DNA of 64,000 bases from Octopus sinensis. Its lineage: Eukaryota. Shown here one piece after another: positions 25,881-40,452 of this stretch; position 1 is the first letter of the stretch; the number at the start of each line of letters is the position of its first letter. The position numbers were made by a program, and so were the translations under genes. The stretch covers positions 16,678,001 to 16,742,000 of the forward strand of contig NC_042997.1 in NCBI RefSeq assembly GCF_006345805.1, given 5' to 3'. Under the pieces are notes generated by a model. It was not told the origin of the DNA. It did no database searches and worked only from the letters and a program-made list of their open reading frames with translations.

Positions 25881-28337
25881 CACATGCCATATATTTTCCT
25901 TGGACACGACATCTCATTTCTTGAGGATGCACATGCATAGAAATATAAGCTTGTGTGACTTCTTTGTGAATGACTATTTATGTAATTTTACTGTTTTGTT
26001 TTTAGATATTTTGTTTCCCTTCTCTCAAATGAATGTTTCTGCCATTTGACAACAAGATTCATAAGCATATATCTTTATTAGTATGTGGCCTCCAGGAACA
26101 TGTTGTCATGTCTGGAAAAATATGCATTATGTATGTAAATTTTTATTTCAGTATATATGTGGTTGTCTTTATTTTCTTGTCTCTTATCACCTAGGCTATC
26201 CTTCAATATTACATTTATATTATCACTCTGAACCACATTTATTCATCTTCATAGAGCACATTGCTACATTTTATATGAAGATATATTTTTCTTATATTTG
26301 CAAGATGTTAAATGTGTGTGTGTGTGTGTGTGTGAGTGCAAGTGTAACTTTAAATGTGGTTTGATTGAGCTCAAATTTATTTTCTCTCTCTCACATACAT
26401 GGTATTCATAATACAGCTTTCATAATTAAAGAGAATAATTTAATATTCTAATCCACATATTAATATTCTATATGATATACAGAATCCACAACCTAAAATA
26501 TCAAAAAGAAATATGAAAAAAAAAAGAACAAAAAAACAAACAAACAATTGAATCATATCTCTGAAGATATTCTTTCTTATGTTTAGCGACTATAAAGATT
26601 ACTCATAGATTGTGATGAAATTATTTGCATCAAACACTGAAGATTGTTCCTTAGTTTAATGACATTTCTGCACCAGCACTACTAGATCTTGAGTATTAAT
26701 TGTCTAATTGTGAAACCTTGAGTATTAACTATCTAAGTGTGAAAAATTTCTCAGTTTCATAAGCATATATTGAGCATTCTCATTTATATTAACCTAGGTT
26801 TAAAACTGATAGATAGCATTTTTATATGCAGTCTTTCTAGATGCTCTCCTATGACCTTAAGATTGCTCTTAAAGGCCTGGTTTTGTATTATTTGGTTGAT
26901 GCATTGATTTGCTTGTCACATCCCTATTGTAATGAAAACCACTTCATGCAAGTCATCTGTGGTTCCTGTAAATATTTCTATTGTCAGTTAATGCTTTCTA
27001 GTTTTGTTTATGTTAATTACTTATTAAATAGATTTCTAATGTCATTTTTAGTAATTTATTTACTTTTAATTTTGCAATTATCAATGACAAAGGAAACAAT
27101 TTGGTCCTCAACACTGATGTCATCTCTCATGATGAAGGTTTTATGTTGCTGCAATAATAATATGATGAAAGCAGCAAAGAAAAAAAATGTAAAGATGATT
27201 AAGAAGTAGAAAAAATTAGCTATATTACAGGATGTTCTTCATAGATACATAAGTTTTGCATACTTTCTTTCAATACTGTGATATACACACTTGCATGTGC
27301 ACACATATATATATACATACATATACATACACGCAAAGAAATGAATAGACATACAGAGGCTTTTGACTCTTGTGAGGTTCCTGCTGAATGGTTCTCTTAA
27401 CTAGGTAATTTTATCATATTTTTTTTCCTGTATTGTCTGTTGAATCTATGCATCAGATATAAAAAAAAAACTACCAACAAATCTACTTCATTCTGTAGAT
27501 CTGTAAGCTGCACAATTATGGTTATAATCAAATTGAATAACTTTGTTGCATAATGCCATAGTTAAGAACTGGGACTTCAAATAAATCTTCTTTCAATTGT
27601 TTAAGATATTTTGATTTATTAAATACTGTTGTTGATATTTTACCTAATCATTAATTGTTCATTTAAATCATTTTTTATTTCCATATCATATATTATTATA
27701 TATAAATTTCCGTTGCAAAATTAATTACATTAAGATATTCTAATTAACATTTGATGGTTTGAACTCAATTTCTTACTAACTGCAACACTAAATAACATAG
27801 ACAATTTAATTATTAGAGAAATAGGGTTATATATATATAAAGTTCCATTTTCATATGTTTCAAGCTGCTTCAGATTAAATTCATATCAACAGATGCATGA
27901 TGTGAGAAAAAGGAAGGAAAAAAAAAGAGTTTAAAATAAGAATATCAAACCTTATCCATCGTTTTGAAACCAAGTCCTTCAATTTATCCTGCAGATAGTT
28001 ATTTTCTGGCCAACCACAGCCGGATAAAAAGCACCTCCTTCACCACCACAAAGTAGGGTAAGACAAATTACATGGTAGGTACACTTGCTCTATTGAGAAA
28101 ATTAGCAGATGAATTTTTTTTTTTTTGCTGGTTTATAAACCAGATATTTCCTTTCTGTAAAAAATATCACTTCTGAGGGAACCAGATCAGGAAATAGAGC
28201 TTCGTTACTTTTTTAAAAGCAGTCTTTTAAAGTGGCTGCTTTAGATGTAGCAAGTAAATTATTGGATGTTGTTAGAGTTGAAGAAAGAATGTTACATAAA
28301 GAAGTAATCTTCAAAGCAGAAAAATTTACAAGCAATT

Positions 28338-28357
28338 GGGGTGGGGGTGGGGAGGGG
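28338..28357 (+). other. Canonical G-quadruplex motif
   Basis: gggg t ggggg t gggg a gggg: four G-runs with 1-nt loops. Confidence 0.6.
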
Positions 28358-28860
28358 AAGGATTAAGAAATTATATACAAAAGAAAAATCCTTTAACATT
28401 TAAAAAAATCTATGTTATTGTTTTAATATTAATTAGTATACTGATTACAATAAAAAAATTGTTTTCAAATAAGGAAATGATATAAGCTAAATTATTGAAT
28501 TTTACCACTCAAAGTACTATCTGATATATCTAGGAATGTGAATTATATATATATATGCAAAGCACTAACCACACCTCAGATAACCCTCATTGGTTATGGT
28601 ACTGCTTCTATATGCATACATTTATACACACACATATGAGTGTGTGCATGCAAATATATTGTTTGATTTATTCATGTCACACAAAGGTATTTGTAATGCA
28701 TTAAGATAGATATCACTGAATCTATTTTGTTCATAATATAAGTTATCTTGCATATTCCCATAGACTTTGAAGTGTTTCTGAATTCTAATAGGTATCCACT
28801 TGCTTTAACCATGTACCTTAATTTGAAATCTGTAATTTACCATATATATGTACGTGTGTA

Positions 28861-28897
<37 letters not shown>

Positions 28898-31345
28898 GTG
28901 TGCATGCATGTATGTATGTATGCATGTATGTATGTATACATATATGTACACCACATAACAGTATCTGATATATTCATATTGTATTTGAGGTATATATGTA
29001 TTCCATAAGATATCCAGTTAATCTATGAATGTTACTCTAAAAGGTATAATTTAGCTTATCAAATATTAGTACAAACTGTTTAGAATGTGAAATTTGTCAA
29101 CACATAAATAATATACATAGTTTGTTTTGTTTTTTTTTGTATGAGGAGAAAAAAATATTGTGGGAGGCAGGCAGATGGGATTGAGAATCTAAACAAAGCA
29201 AATTATTGAAGATCATTAAAAGACTAATGATATTTCCTTATTTTTTTCTTTCTTTCTTCTGAAGTCAGGAAATCTTTTCCCCACAAAGGTTTCCATAATG
29301 CAAGAAGATTTAATTTAGACATTAAAAAAATTAGATTCTACTTCTTCCAAGTAAAACAAAAGTAAAAAAAGTTTAGAAATAAAAGAATGTATCAGTACCT
29401 ATATGTAATCTTAACATAATGAAAAGAGCAGCAGCAACAACAATGACATCACACCAATAATAGCAGCAACAACAACAATAACATAAAGATGACAAAAATA
29501 TCTCCCCTGCTTGCCCCATTCTCCCCAAAGAGTATCAATAGATTTTGCTAACACACTGGCAGAAAAAAATGTAGTTTTTTAAAGACAAAATTATTTTATT
29601 GTTTTAATCAATTTTTTTAGATCATGGATTTTTGACGAAATCATCACATATTATAATTGTCGATATTATTACCATTGATATAAGTATAATAGATTTATAT
29701 TAAAACATAGATGTTTTTCTGCTTTTGATTTCATATTTCATCTGACTTTTCTCCTTTTCTTTTTTTTTTTGTTTCTGAAATATTTATAAGAACAAAGAAA
29801 AAAAATGAAGATCAAAACAAATAGATTTTTTTTTAGTTTTAATGAAAAAAAAAGGAATGAAATGATTATTTTTATATTTTTTTAAAAAATGTTTCGGTGA
29901 TGAGAATTATTGTTCTTTAATAGGCAAGGGGATTTTTAAAAAAAATGTAAATTGGGATGGGTTATAAAATGGAAAGAATGAAATAAAGATTTCTTTAATT
30001 ATCATATCCTCCCTTTTTATTATGTATTTTTAAAATTATTTTTAATAATTTTTTTTGAAAGAGAAACTTCATTTTATGATTTGGTATTTTTTTATTGAAA
30101 GAATCATTCAAAGTTTCATCAGCTTTATACAAGTCTTGGTAAGGCAGTAGTTCTTTGCTGATTATCTATCATAATCAGAGATTGACTAACAATACCATCT
30201 AGAAACTAGTTCCATTTGCATATAAGACAGCTGTGCATTTGGTATGCATTGCATATGTACAGACATATAACTAGGCATTTTCATATCGTCTACTTCGACA
30301 CATACATAATTCAGTTTCCAAGCACTATTTACTAAAACTAAAGTACAAATATACATTTTCAATATACAACTTGTCAATGAGAATTTCATGAAAGAAATTC
30401 ATCTATTATCTTTTTTGCTCTCTCTTTCTTCTTACTCTTTCTGTTCATAAACTCCAGTTGGAGCCGAGGACTTTGGTAAAATAAAATGTATTACCAAGGT
30501 TTCTGTTATTAGGGCTTAGAAAAAAACAAACAAAAAGAAACAAACAAAACAAAACAAAACAAAACAAAAAATAAAAAGAGAAATGATAGGGACCAGTAGT
30601 TCCCATGCCCATTCTTTTATTCACAAGAATCAGCTTCACTCTCTCCTGAATGAGTAAAACATGGATTCGTAGCTTAATAGCACCTGGTTCAGTATGCAGG
30701 TGAGTTTCATGGATAATCCCCTCATCTAAATACTACTAGCCTGATTAAATGATGGTGCTTAGCTTTAGGGATCAGAAAACAATTGACAAACTTGGGAGTC
30801 ATCAACTGGCTGTGACCAAGAAATTCACAAAATATGAAAATTCACACAGGGATAAAGTGAGTGGGAGTGGAATTAAAAAAAAATAACAACAAATATATGT
30901 CAATAAAAAAATATCGAAAAAGAAAAAAAATATTTAAAAAAAAAAGTAAAAAAAACATGAGTTTTTTTTTCCCTGAGATTCGATAATACAATATAAAATC
31001 ACTTTTGAAGTTCAAAGAGGAAGTTTTAAGTTTGAGTTTTTAGACTTTTTCCTTTGTTTCTTCTGTAAGTAAAAATAAAAACATTAACAAAAAAGTTGCT
31101 TTGAAGTTTATTTAGTTGCATTTATTTCTTTCTCTCTCTTCTTTTCTCTTTCTCTCACATTCCTCTCGCCTCTCTCACTCTCCATCTCTCTCTCTTTCTC
31201 TCTCACATACACTCATTCTCTTTCTCTCTCTCTCTCTTTAACAACATTTGAATGAGTTACTTTTCGAATAGTAAAATGAAGAAATTCTATAGTTCTTTTT
31301 AAGAATATATCAATAGCAATTTATTGGAATAATTGCATCTACTTG

Positions 31346-31379
<34 letters not shown>

Positions 31380-32907
31380 CTTAAGATAGTGATTATAGTT
31401 TTTGCTTCTACTTGCTATTTACTTACCCTATTAATTCATTATCATTTGGTTACTAATTTAGTTACTGCTGTTATTGTCATTAATTCTTATCTATTTTATG
31501 CATTGTTTTCGATCATACCAAGTTATATTGGTCATATTTTTGGTCTATCATGTATTGAAGTAAAATGTTATATTGTAAAAAACTAGTTTAATATTAGCAG
31601 AGGAATTCTTGAAAATAGTAATTCCTTAGTTATTCATGTTGGTAATTCCTAAATTGTTATTGTTCTTATCAACCAGGAAATATCACTAATAGATAACATT
31701 TCCTAAATAATTTTCAAATATTTTTCCATCAAATTCCAATGTAGTTTTCTATTTTTTGTTTGTTTTTGTTTTTGCAATTTTCAATTAGAGACAATTTAGA
31801 TCGGAATCAGAATTTATCTATCAATATTGTTAATGTCTGACTGCTTTACACATAAAAAATGTGAGTCCTTAGTGATGAAATAAAATATAACCCTACCCCC
31901 CACCAAAAAACAAAAACATCCAAAATAAATGTCGATGGTTCTTTTCTAAAACAGTGGATATCTGAATATGTTCTAAACACCCGCATGTGACTGGACAAAA
32001 ATTAGTCCTTTACATATAACACAGATGGTGGTTGAGAAAAAAAAATTTAATAATGGACAAAAGAAAATATAAAATGATGGATTGGAAAGAAAAATAGATG
32101 AATGAAAGTCAAAAGCTGATTGATTGAAATACCCCACACCCCCAGAAACATCTATTTGCCAGTGTGTTAACTGAAATCAGAGATACAACATGGAGGTTTA
32201 GAATTACTAATGTAGACACAAATATGAGGGGGTGGGAAGGGGAAGGAATAAATTGAAGAAAAGAAGGAAAAAATGGGAGAATTTTTCTTTAGAAAACTGT
32301 AAAGAATCTATACATTTGATTATATATGCAAAATACGAAGCTTTTTCTTTTCTTTTCTACTAGCACAACCAATATGATGGGAATGTGAGAGTAAATAAGG
32401 TCTGAACAGTTCAGTTATTTTAGAGTCACTTCTAAAATAGCTTTTCTTTGACATTTAGTCACCTGCTCCAGACAAAATGGCTTTAAAAAATGAAAGCCAT
32501 ATATTTTTATTAAGTAAAAAGAAAAAAAATTAAAGAATTTGAAAACAAATTTTAAATAAATGAATGAAATTGTTGGAAAATAGCAATTATCTGAAAGATA
32601 AATTAAAGAAACAAAGAAGTTAAACTAAAAAAGAATTAAAATGAGCTCAACATTTTAAATGGTGTGATTTAAATTCTAGTTAACAAATTCTTGCTAATGT
32701 TCATTTTAAATATGATTTGATGAGACTCGTAAATGATGATAATGATTATGATGATACATCTTTTCTTTATATTGAAGGTATATAAACTTGCTGATGAGGC
32801 AATTTTCGAATTACTTCAGATTAGAAGTGAACCAAATTGTCCTTATATGAGGCAACATTATAGATTATTGGTAAACTGAGCAACTAGTGGAAAGTGTGAA
32901 TGTTACA

Positions 32908-33086
32908 TTTTAAACAGCTATGTTGCTTGCTGAAAATTGTTAGACGCATGTTTTAAATAGCTGTGTTGCTTGCTGACAAATTGCTAGACACATATTTTAA
33001 ACAGCTATGTTGCTTGCTGACAAATTGCTTTGCTAACAAATTGCTAGACATATTTTTAAATAGCTATGTTGCTTGCAGACAAATTG
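32908..33086. repeat. Minisatellite, four copies of a ~44-bp unit
   Basis: ttttaaa(c/t)agct(a/g)tgttgcttgctgacaaattgctagaca repeated with variants. Confidence 0.9.
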
Positions 33087-34606
33087 ACAGAGAAGATAGT
33101 ATGCGTCATTGCTATATAGTATCAATTGTTTGCTAAGAACTGCGTTGTAATTTATTTAAAGTTGTATAATTGTAATATACTTGCATAACTGAATATTTTT
33201 ATACAAATTACTATTAAAACTAAATTTAGGCATTTGTGGCAAATAAAAGAAATTCTTTTAGTAATAATATCAATAAACATTTTTCTTATCAGTAATTTTT
33301 TTGGACTAGTAGCCTTTGCATTTGTTATGCCATACAGCAGGTATCAGTTACAGGTTATCACATAAATATGGTCATGAATCAACATGATAGTTCCATATTG
33401 CTTGAAGTTAATATGCTCCAAATAAGGGATACTCTATTTGGGTATAATACAGTTGTTGAGAGCCTAAGTCTGATGATATAGTGATCTGATACCAATGATA
33501 TTGTTGAATAAATTAAGTCAGCTCTGTATAAGACATTATACTACACAGACAAACAAAAAGGGACCTTGTTAAGCTTGCAAAAAGCATCTTATTGAATGCT
33601 TCTTTTTTTTTTTTAGCATAATCATTAATTTCAAAATAGTAAGCAGACCTTTTTCTTTTTCTGTTTTTCCTTTTGAATATATTGTTCTAAAATTTGTACC
33701 TCAAAGAATTCTTTGTGTTCCTGATATTTCTATATGTTTACGGGATTTCTTGTACTTTTCTGTTTGTAATAAACAACTACAGAACTAGTAAAAAAGAGAA
33801 CAAGTAATTCGTTTATATTAGATCGTTATGATAAAAAAAAACCTAAAAGCTAAAAGATATTGAGAATTAAGTAAATACAAAATAAATAAAAAGCAACATA
33901 TCCAAACTGTTCAGCGGATTTTTCACAGGAAATTGGCTAAGAAAGAAATTATTCCAGCTTTATATTTATATGGAAGCCGAGAGAATATAAAATATCTGAG
34001 GATACATGATATTTTCCATTTTTTTTTCTTAATTTTAATTTTGTGAAAACAAAAACAAAAGAAAATCAACAAAAATAGAAAGAATGAAATTTCTTAGATA
34101 TTTTTTTCCATTACAAAAATTGATGACAAATTTTGAAAAGCTGTAAAATGGTGTCTTTCCATCTTGATTCAGGAAAAGTGTAAAAAAAAAATAATTGAAA
34201 ATTGAATTAGTAGCAGCAGAATATGCTAGTATTAATAATAAATAAATGAAATAAAAGAATAAATAATTAAAAAAATAACAATCTTGATGATTTAAGTATT
34301 AGCAGCAGTTAAAAAAAGTAATAATATTAATTAATAATGTTATGTTAATGATGGATTGCATATGCAGAAAAAAAAGAAAAAATGAAACAGAAAAACTTTT
34401 TTCTTCTTTTTTTTTTTATTAGGTACCAGGTCTTTTTCTCTTTCTTCTATTTATTCTTTTTATTATTTATCTTGAAGATTAAAACTTTCTGGGAATATTT
34501 TAAGAGAGTGAAGAATTGTTGAAGTATGAGATGAAAGAACTTGATGTCATCACAATTACTTTGCTATATCAAACATGATTATTATTATTATTATTATTGT
34601 TATTAA

Positions 34607-34644
<38 letters not shown>

Positions 34645-35265
34645 TGTATATCTTTATCCTAACTTCTTATTTCACCTCAGGTTCCCAATATTTTTTTTGA
34701 AGTGATAAAGTGTTAAAAAAACAAAACAAAAAACAAATAAAAGAACCCAGAGTCTTCTAAAAGAACATGTTAAGAATACTAAACATCATTCAAAGACACA
34801 GAAACAGAAAATCCTTTTTTTACAAATTAAAAAAAAATAATAAAAACTTAAAAAAAAATATTCTTCTATATTGTTGCTGTTGTTTTCTTTATTTGTTTTT
34901 TAAAAAAATAATAAACCAACTGATATCACAAAGTGACCAATATGCTAATTTTCTTAATTGGTAACTCTGTTGTTTTGTATTTCATTTTTTAAACTAATTT
35001 CTTGCACTTTTTTTTCGGATTTTCTTTGTTTCTTCTTTAATCATTCTTTTTTTTTGTTGGTTTGTTTGTCTATGTGCGTGTGTGTGCTTATGTTTTGAAG
35101 TGTGTAATAACAGATAGATTGATTGATACAAAAGAGACTATTAAGGGGGAGGAGAATTGTGCACGTACGTCATAACAGGAATGCTTAGTGAATGATTTGT
35201 TGGTTTTTCTTTTTTTCTTTCTCTTTTTTTTGGAAGTGAAGGGATTGAAGTATAAAATTACTCAC

Positions 35266-35298
35266 CAATGGATGCAATTGGGAGAAATTGTTCCATTT
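35266..35298 (-). CDS. Orphan 33-nt exon candidate ((E)MEQFLPIASI if phase 1-1)
   Basis: ctttctatag acceptor (35299-35301), TTG|gtgagt donor (35260-35265), multiple of 3. Polypyrimidine tract is short and no partner exon was found. Confidence 0.25.
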
Positions 35299-35599
35299 CT
35301 ATAGAAAGTTTGTTCCTTTTTTTTTTACTGTCATGTTCTTAGAATTTAGGGTATTAAAAAATAAAAGAGAATAAAAAAGGAACAAAAGCAAACAAGATAA
35401 TAATAATAATAATAATGATTGGCTAACAAATCAAATAAAGGATTAGAACAAATGAAAAATAAGAAAAAATTACAGCAACTGGCAAAATCATAGTTTATAT
35501 TGCAATTTTATAAATGTGCTAAGTTTCATAGGAGGCTAAATGTGTGCTTGTAAATAAGAGTAATAATATATTTGCAATACGCGATGAATATTTGGTATG

Positions 35600-35871
35600 T
35601 GTATATTATATATATACACCAACACACACATACATAAAATGCATATATATGTATATATATGTGCATATATTTGTGTGTACATATACATATATATATATCA
35701 TTATATAGAAATATACATATATACATGCACAAAGAAATGTATACACACACATGTATATACACATAAATACATTGTGTGCATATACATACATATATACATA
35801 CATATATATTATAATATATATATTATAATATATATATATATTATAATATATATATAAATACATACATACAC

Positions 35872-35922
<51 letters not shown>

Positions 35923-36094
35923 ATATGTATGTATATATATATATATATGTATGTATATATATATATAATATGTATGTATATATATATATATATGCATGTA
36001 TATATATATATTATGTATATATATATATGTATGTATATATATGTATATTATATATATGTATGTATATATATGTATATTATATATATGTATGTAT

Positions 36095-36187
<93 letters not shown>

Positions 36188-36188
36188 G

Positions 36189-36245
<57 letters not shown>

Positions 36246-36250
36246 ACTAA
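35600..36250. repeat. Compound (TA)n/(TATG)n microsatellite
   Basis: Direct reading. Confidence 0.95.
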
Positions 36251-36798
36251 TCTTTAATTTTCAGAATAATAAGATACAAAAAAAAAATTAGTAACTGACA
36301 AATTTATTTATTCTTGCCAATTGATTTTTAATTTTTTAAAAGTCTTTTCCCTAAACAACTTTGCCTTGAAAGATAAATTTGTTATGAATTTTCAATTATT
36401 TCCAATTTTGCTTTTGGTATGTAACTAACAAACAAGCTCTAAGCTTAATTACAGCTTTGCAATTATTAGATGAACTCTATTTGTATATTCAATTAAGAGT
36501 TATTTTAAAGAAACAAAGTATTCAAACTTGGGAAATGCATGATAGTAATCCCAATTATTTATGCTGGTCTATTATTTTTGTTTTCAAATTTTGCTTTGTT
36601 TCTTTTGAAATATTAATAATCAAGGCTAAATTTAAGCAAGGCATGTTTATAAAAAAATCCAGTTTTTTGCTTATATATTTGGTATATTCAGCAGTTGAGC
36701 AAAGCTTTCTAGTTTTGATAATTTTTGATATATATGCTAGAAAATATTCATTGATAGTTTTGCTTTTACTCTCATTTAATTTACAAAATATTCTATAT

Positions 36799-36834
<36 letters not shown>

Positions 36835-37368
36835 ACAGGATACCCTCCCCAGAAAAAAAATATAGAAAAAGAATTGAAAAGTAAAATCTATAAAATTTTA
36901 GATGCCACTTACCAAGCTTGTTTTATCAGAAGCTTAATATCTTAAATTTTGAAGATAACTTGTGAAATTATACCCAGTTAATCTAATTTTTATTCTTCTT
37001 TATCTAATTTGTATTATACATTTTAAAGAATTTCTAATATAATTTTCATTACTTTCCAACTAATCTCATTTTCTCTTACAATTTCTAAAGTTGTCAGTTT
37101 ACATTTTGTATGTGTTCTTCAACAAAATTTTGAAATAGGATCTTTTAGTTGGTCAATCCATCAAAATAAATAGTTATTTTTTTTTATTTATTCAACAATT
37201 CTATGTTATTTCTTCATTGCCATAAAAGATTCAAACTATTTTTGAGTTCTACATTATGATGCTTAAAAGTAGAACACACTATTAGGTTTTTTTTTTCTAG
37301 CTAATTTTCATTTCTATAAAACAAAATTGTTCGAAAATTGTTGTTTCAGCAGTTGAATTATTTAAAAA

Positions 37369-37950
<582 letters not shown>

Positions 37951-39695
37951 TAAAATTGTGAATTCCATCTGAAATCCAAACTATTAATATAACTTTCTCT
38001 TAATTTGCTAAATAAAAATTCTTGTTTGTGGTATAATAATTGAGCACAACCAGAGAACAGAAAATGAACGTTTTCATTTGTTTTGAAGCTTGTTGCAGAG
38101 TTTTGCACTTTTCTTTCAATGCTAATCAAGCACATATTGCACTTAAATTTTATTGAGATAATAACTGTGACCAAACAATTGAGTTTGTATTTTGCAGTAT
38201 CTATTTTTCTCCATGTAGGCTTTGAAAATGCTTGGCTTCTAAACTTTAGCCCTATGATTAAATTATCAAGGTTATATTGGGGTTAACTTTAGATCGGTAA
38301 TTAAAATATTTAGGTCCCACGGGAATATGTCATCCTTTTTTTCTTTCATTAAATGTTATAGTTGGTCTTTTTTTTGATATTTTTTAAATTCATTTTTCAG
38401 GTTAGAATGTTTTGAACTGAAAAACACAAAAAGTGATTAAAAAAGTCAAGCATAACATATTGTTTTCTTTTCTCTCTTCTCTCACATTACATTTTATTAT
38501 TATTTCTGTTTACAATTTACAAACATGGCTATTATTCCATTTTTCAAAACTTGCATGTTTATATTATGGCATTATTCAGTTGGTCTATTTATTGTTCTTT
38601 TTGTTTTATTTATTTTTCATTTTTTTTATTTTTTGCTTTTGTTTGCAAATTAAATTCTTTCCTTCATACTGCAATGAAAATCACAACCCATGAATTAGGG
38701 CACAACCATTGGGAAGGAGTTTATTCTTTTATCTTTCTTTTGTACACAAGAAAAGGATAGTGTTACCCATTGCATTATGAGTAATCATCATCGTTATTTC
38801 TTTTTATTATTATTGTCCTTTCGTCTTCAAGAGAAACACAAGTGCTTTTTTTTGTGTCTTTTCATTTAGAGTAGCTGCAATACAATTGAGTAGATTATAC
38901 CAGTTGTTTGTTACATAGAATTGGCATAATCTTTTTTCTCTTGGAATAATACACATACACACTGAACAGACAAGAAAACCCATTGGTCAGTTATATCAGT
39001 AGGTGTTCAAATAGTTGAGTAGACAACTGTTATGCTAAACATGGAAACATGCAGGGAACAACCAAAAATAAAAAAAAGAATCCAGAAAGATATAGAAATC
39101 AAATAGATAAACATCAAAGGAATTAATTATAAGAGGGAAGTCAAGAAAGAAAATAACAACCAATTTCATCTTCAAGTGTAAGCAATGTGTTGATTTTGTT
39201 TCAGTTTTCAAGTTGCCTTTGTACTGGTTGTTTTTTTTTTTTGAGTGTATAATAATGAAATTTATACATTTTCTTCTTCTTTGTCTTCTTTTGATTGATG
39301 TCTCCTGCTTACCATTGAAGATGGCCACCTACTGTTGACAAACCACATGTGTACAGCCATACATGACTATTTATAACATACACACATACTCACACACACA
39401 CATTACATATACATGTGTATGTAATCACACGCACATACAAACACATCTACTTACTGCTTCACATACCAGAACACTTTGTACAGACACTTGACTATTCAGA
39501 CACTAATGTGCATGTGCATTCATGCAAGTGTAGAAGGTTGTATGAACGTGATAGTATTAAGTGAATTTACCAAATCACACCATTGAATTTCTGCCAAATG
39601 CTCTTCTATTCTAATCTTCAATGACCTCTACTCTTTAAAATTTCTTCATACATTTCATATTTTGGGATAGGTCTTTTCCTGTTCTGTTGTTAGTG

Positions 39696-39734
<39 letters not shown>

Positions 39735-40132
39735 GCTGTTGTTGTCATTGATGTTGTTATATAATAAAATTTATTATCATCAATGTCATCATCTTCAATA
39801 TTATTGATATTTTTAATTTCTTAATTTTGATGACATCATCAAAATTTATTTACTAATTTGGAATTCAAGAAAAGTTGCAAAGATTTTATTGTTTCTTCAG
39901 AAATAAGAGCAAGAATAATTATTTTGTTGTTGTTTTGTTTACTTCAGAGGGACTAAGTTTCAAATGGTTTATTCTGAAATGAAGAGATTTCTCATTTTCT
40001 ATCGTTCTATTTCTGTCAAAGAATTTTTGATTTTAACTTAGTGATAACTTTGAACCATCAATTTTAATTGAAACTAGTAGGTTTCTTTTGCTTATTTGGT
40101 ATGTAGTCAGCATATATTAAGTAGATTAATAT

Positions 40133-40207
<75 letters not shown>

Positions 40208-40349
40208 ATATATATATATAACTATCTAGTGTATTAAATCTATCCAGGATATCATAGCTTTAAGTAGATTATCCAATGATGTATCTAATATCAACAATAT
40301 TTATTGGATGTGAAATGGTGGAAATAATACAAAAAATAGAGGCAGTATG

Positions 40350-40452
<103 letters not shown>

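Noticed and set aside
27070-27250. Acidic coding-like stretch (INDKGNNLVLNTDVISHDEGF..) suggestive of a DNA-transposon remnant
   Set aside because: Multiple stops and no diagnostic motif; cannot be supported.
39313-39328. 16-nt exon-like segment with ATG|gtaagc donor (minus)
   Set aside because: Weak polypyrimidine tract and not frame-preserving.
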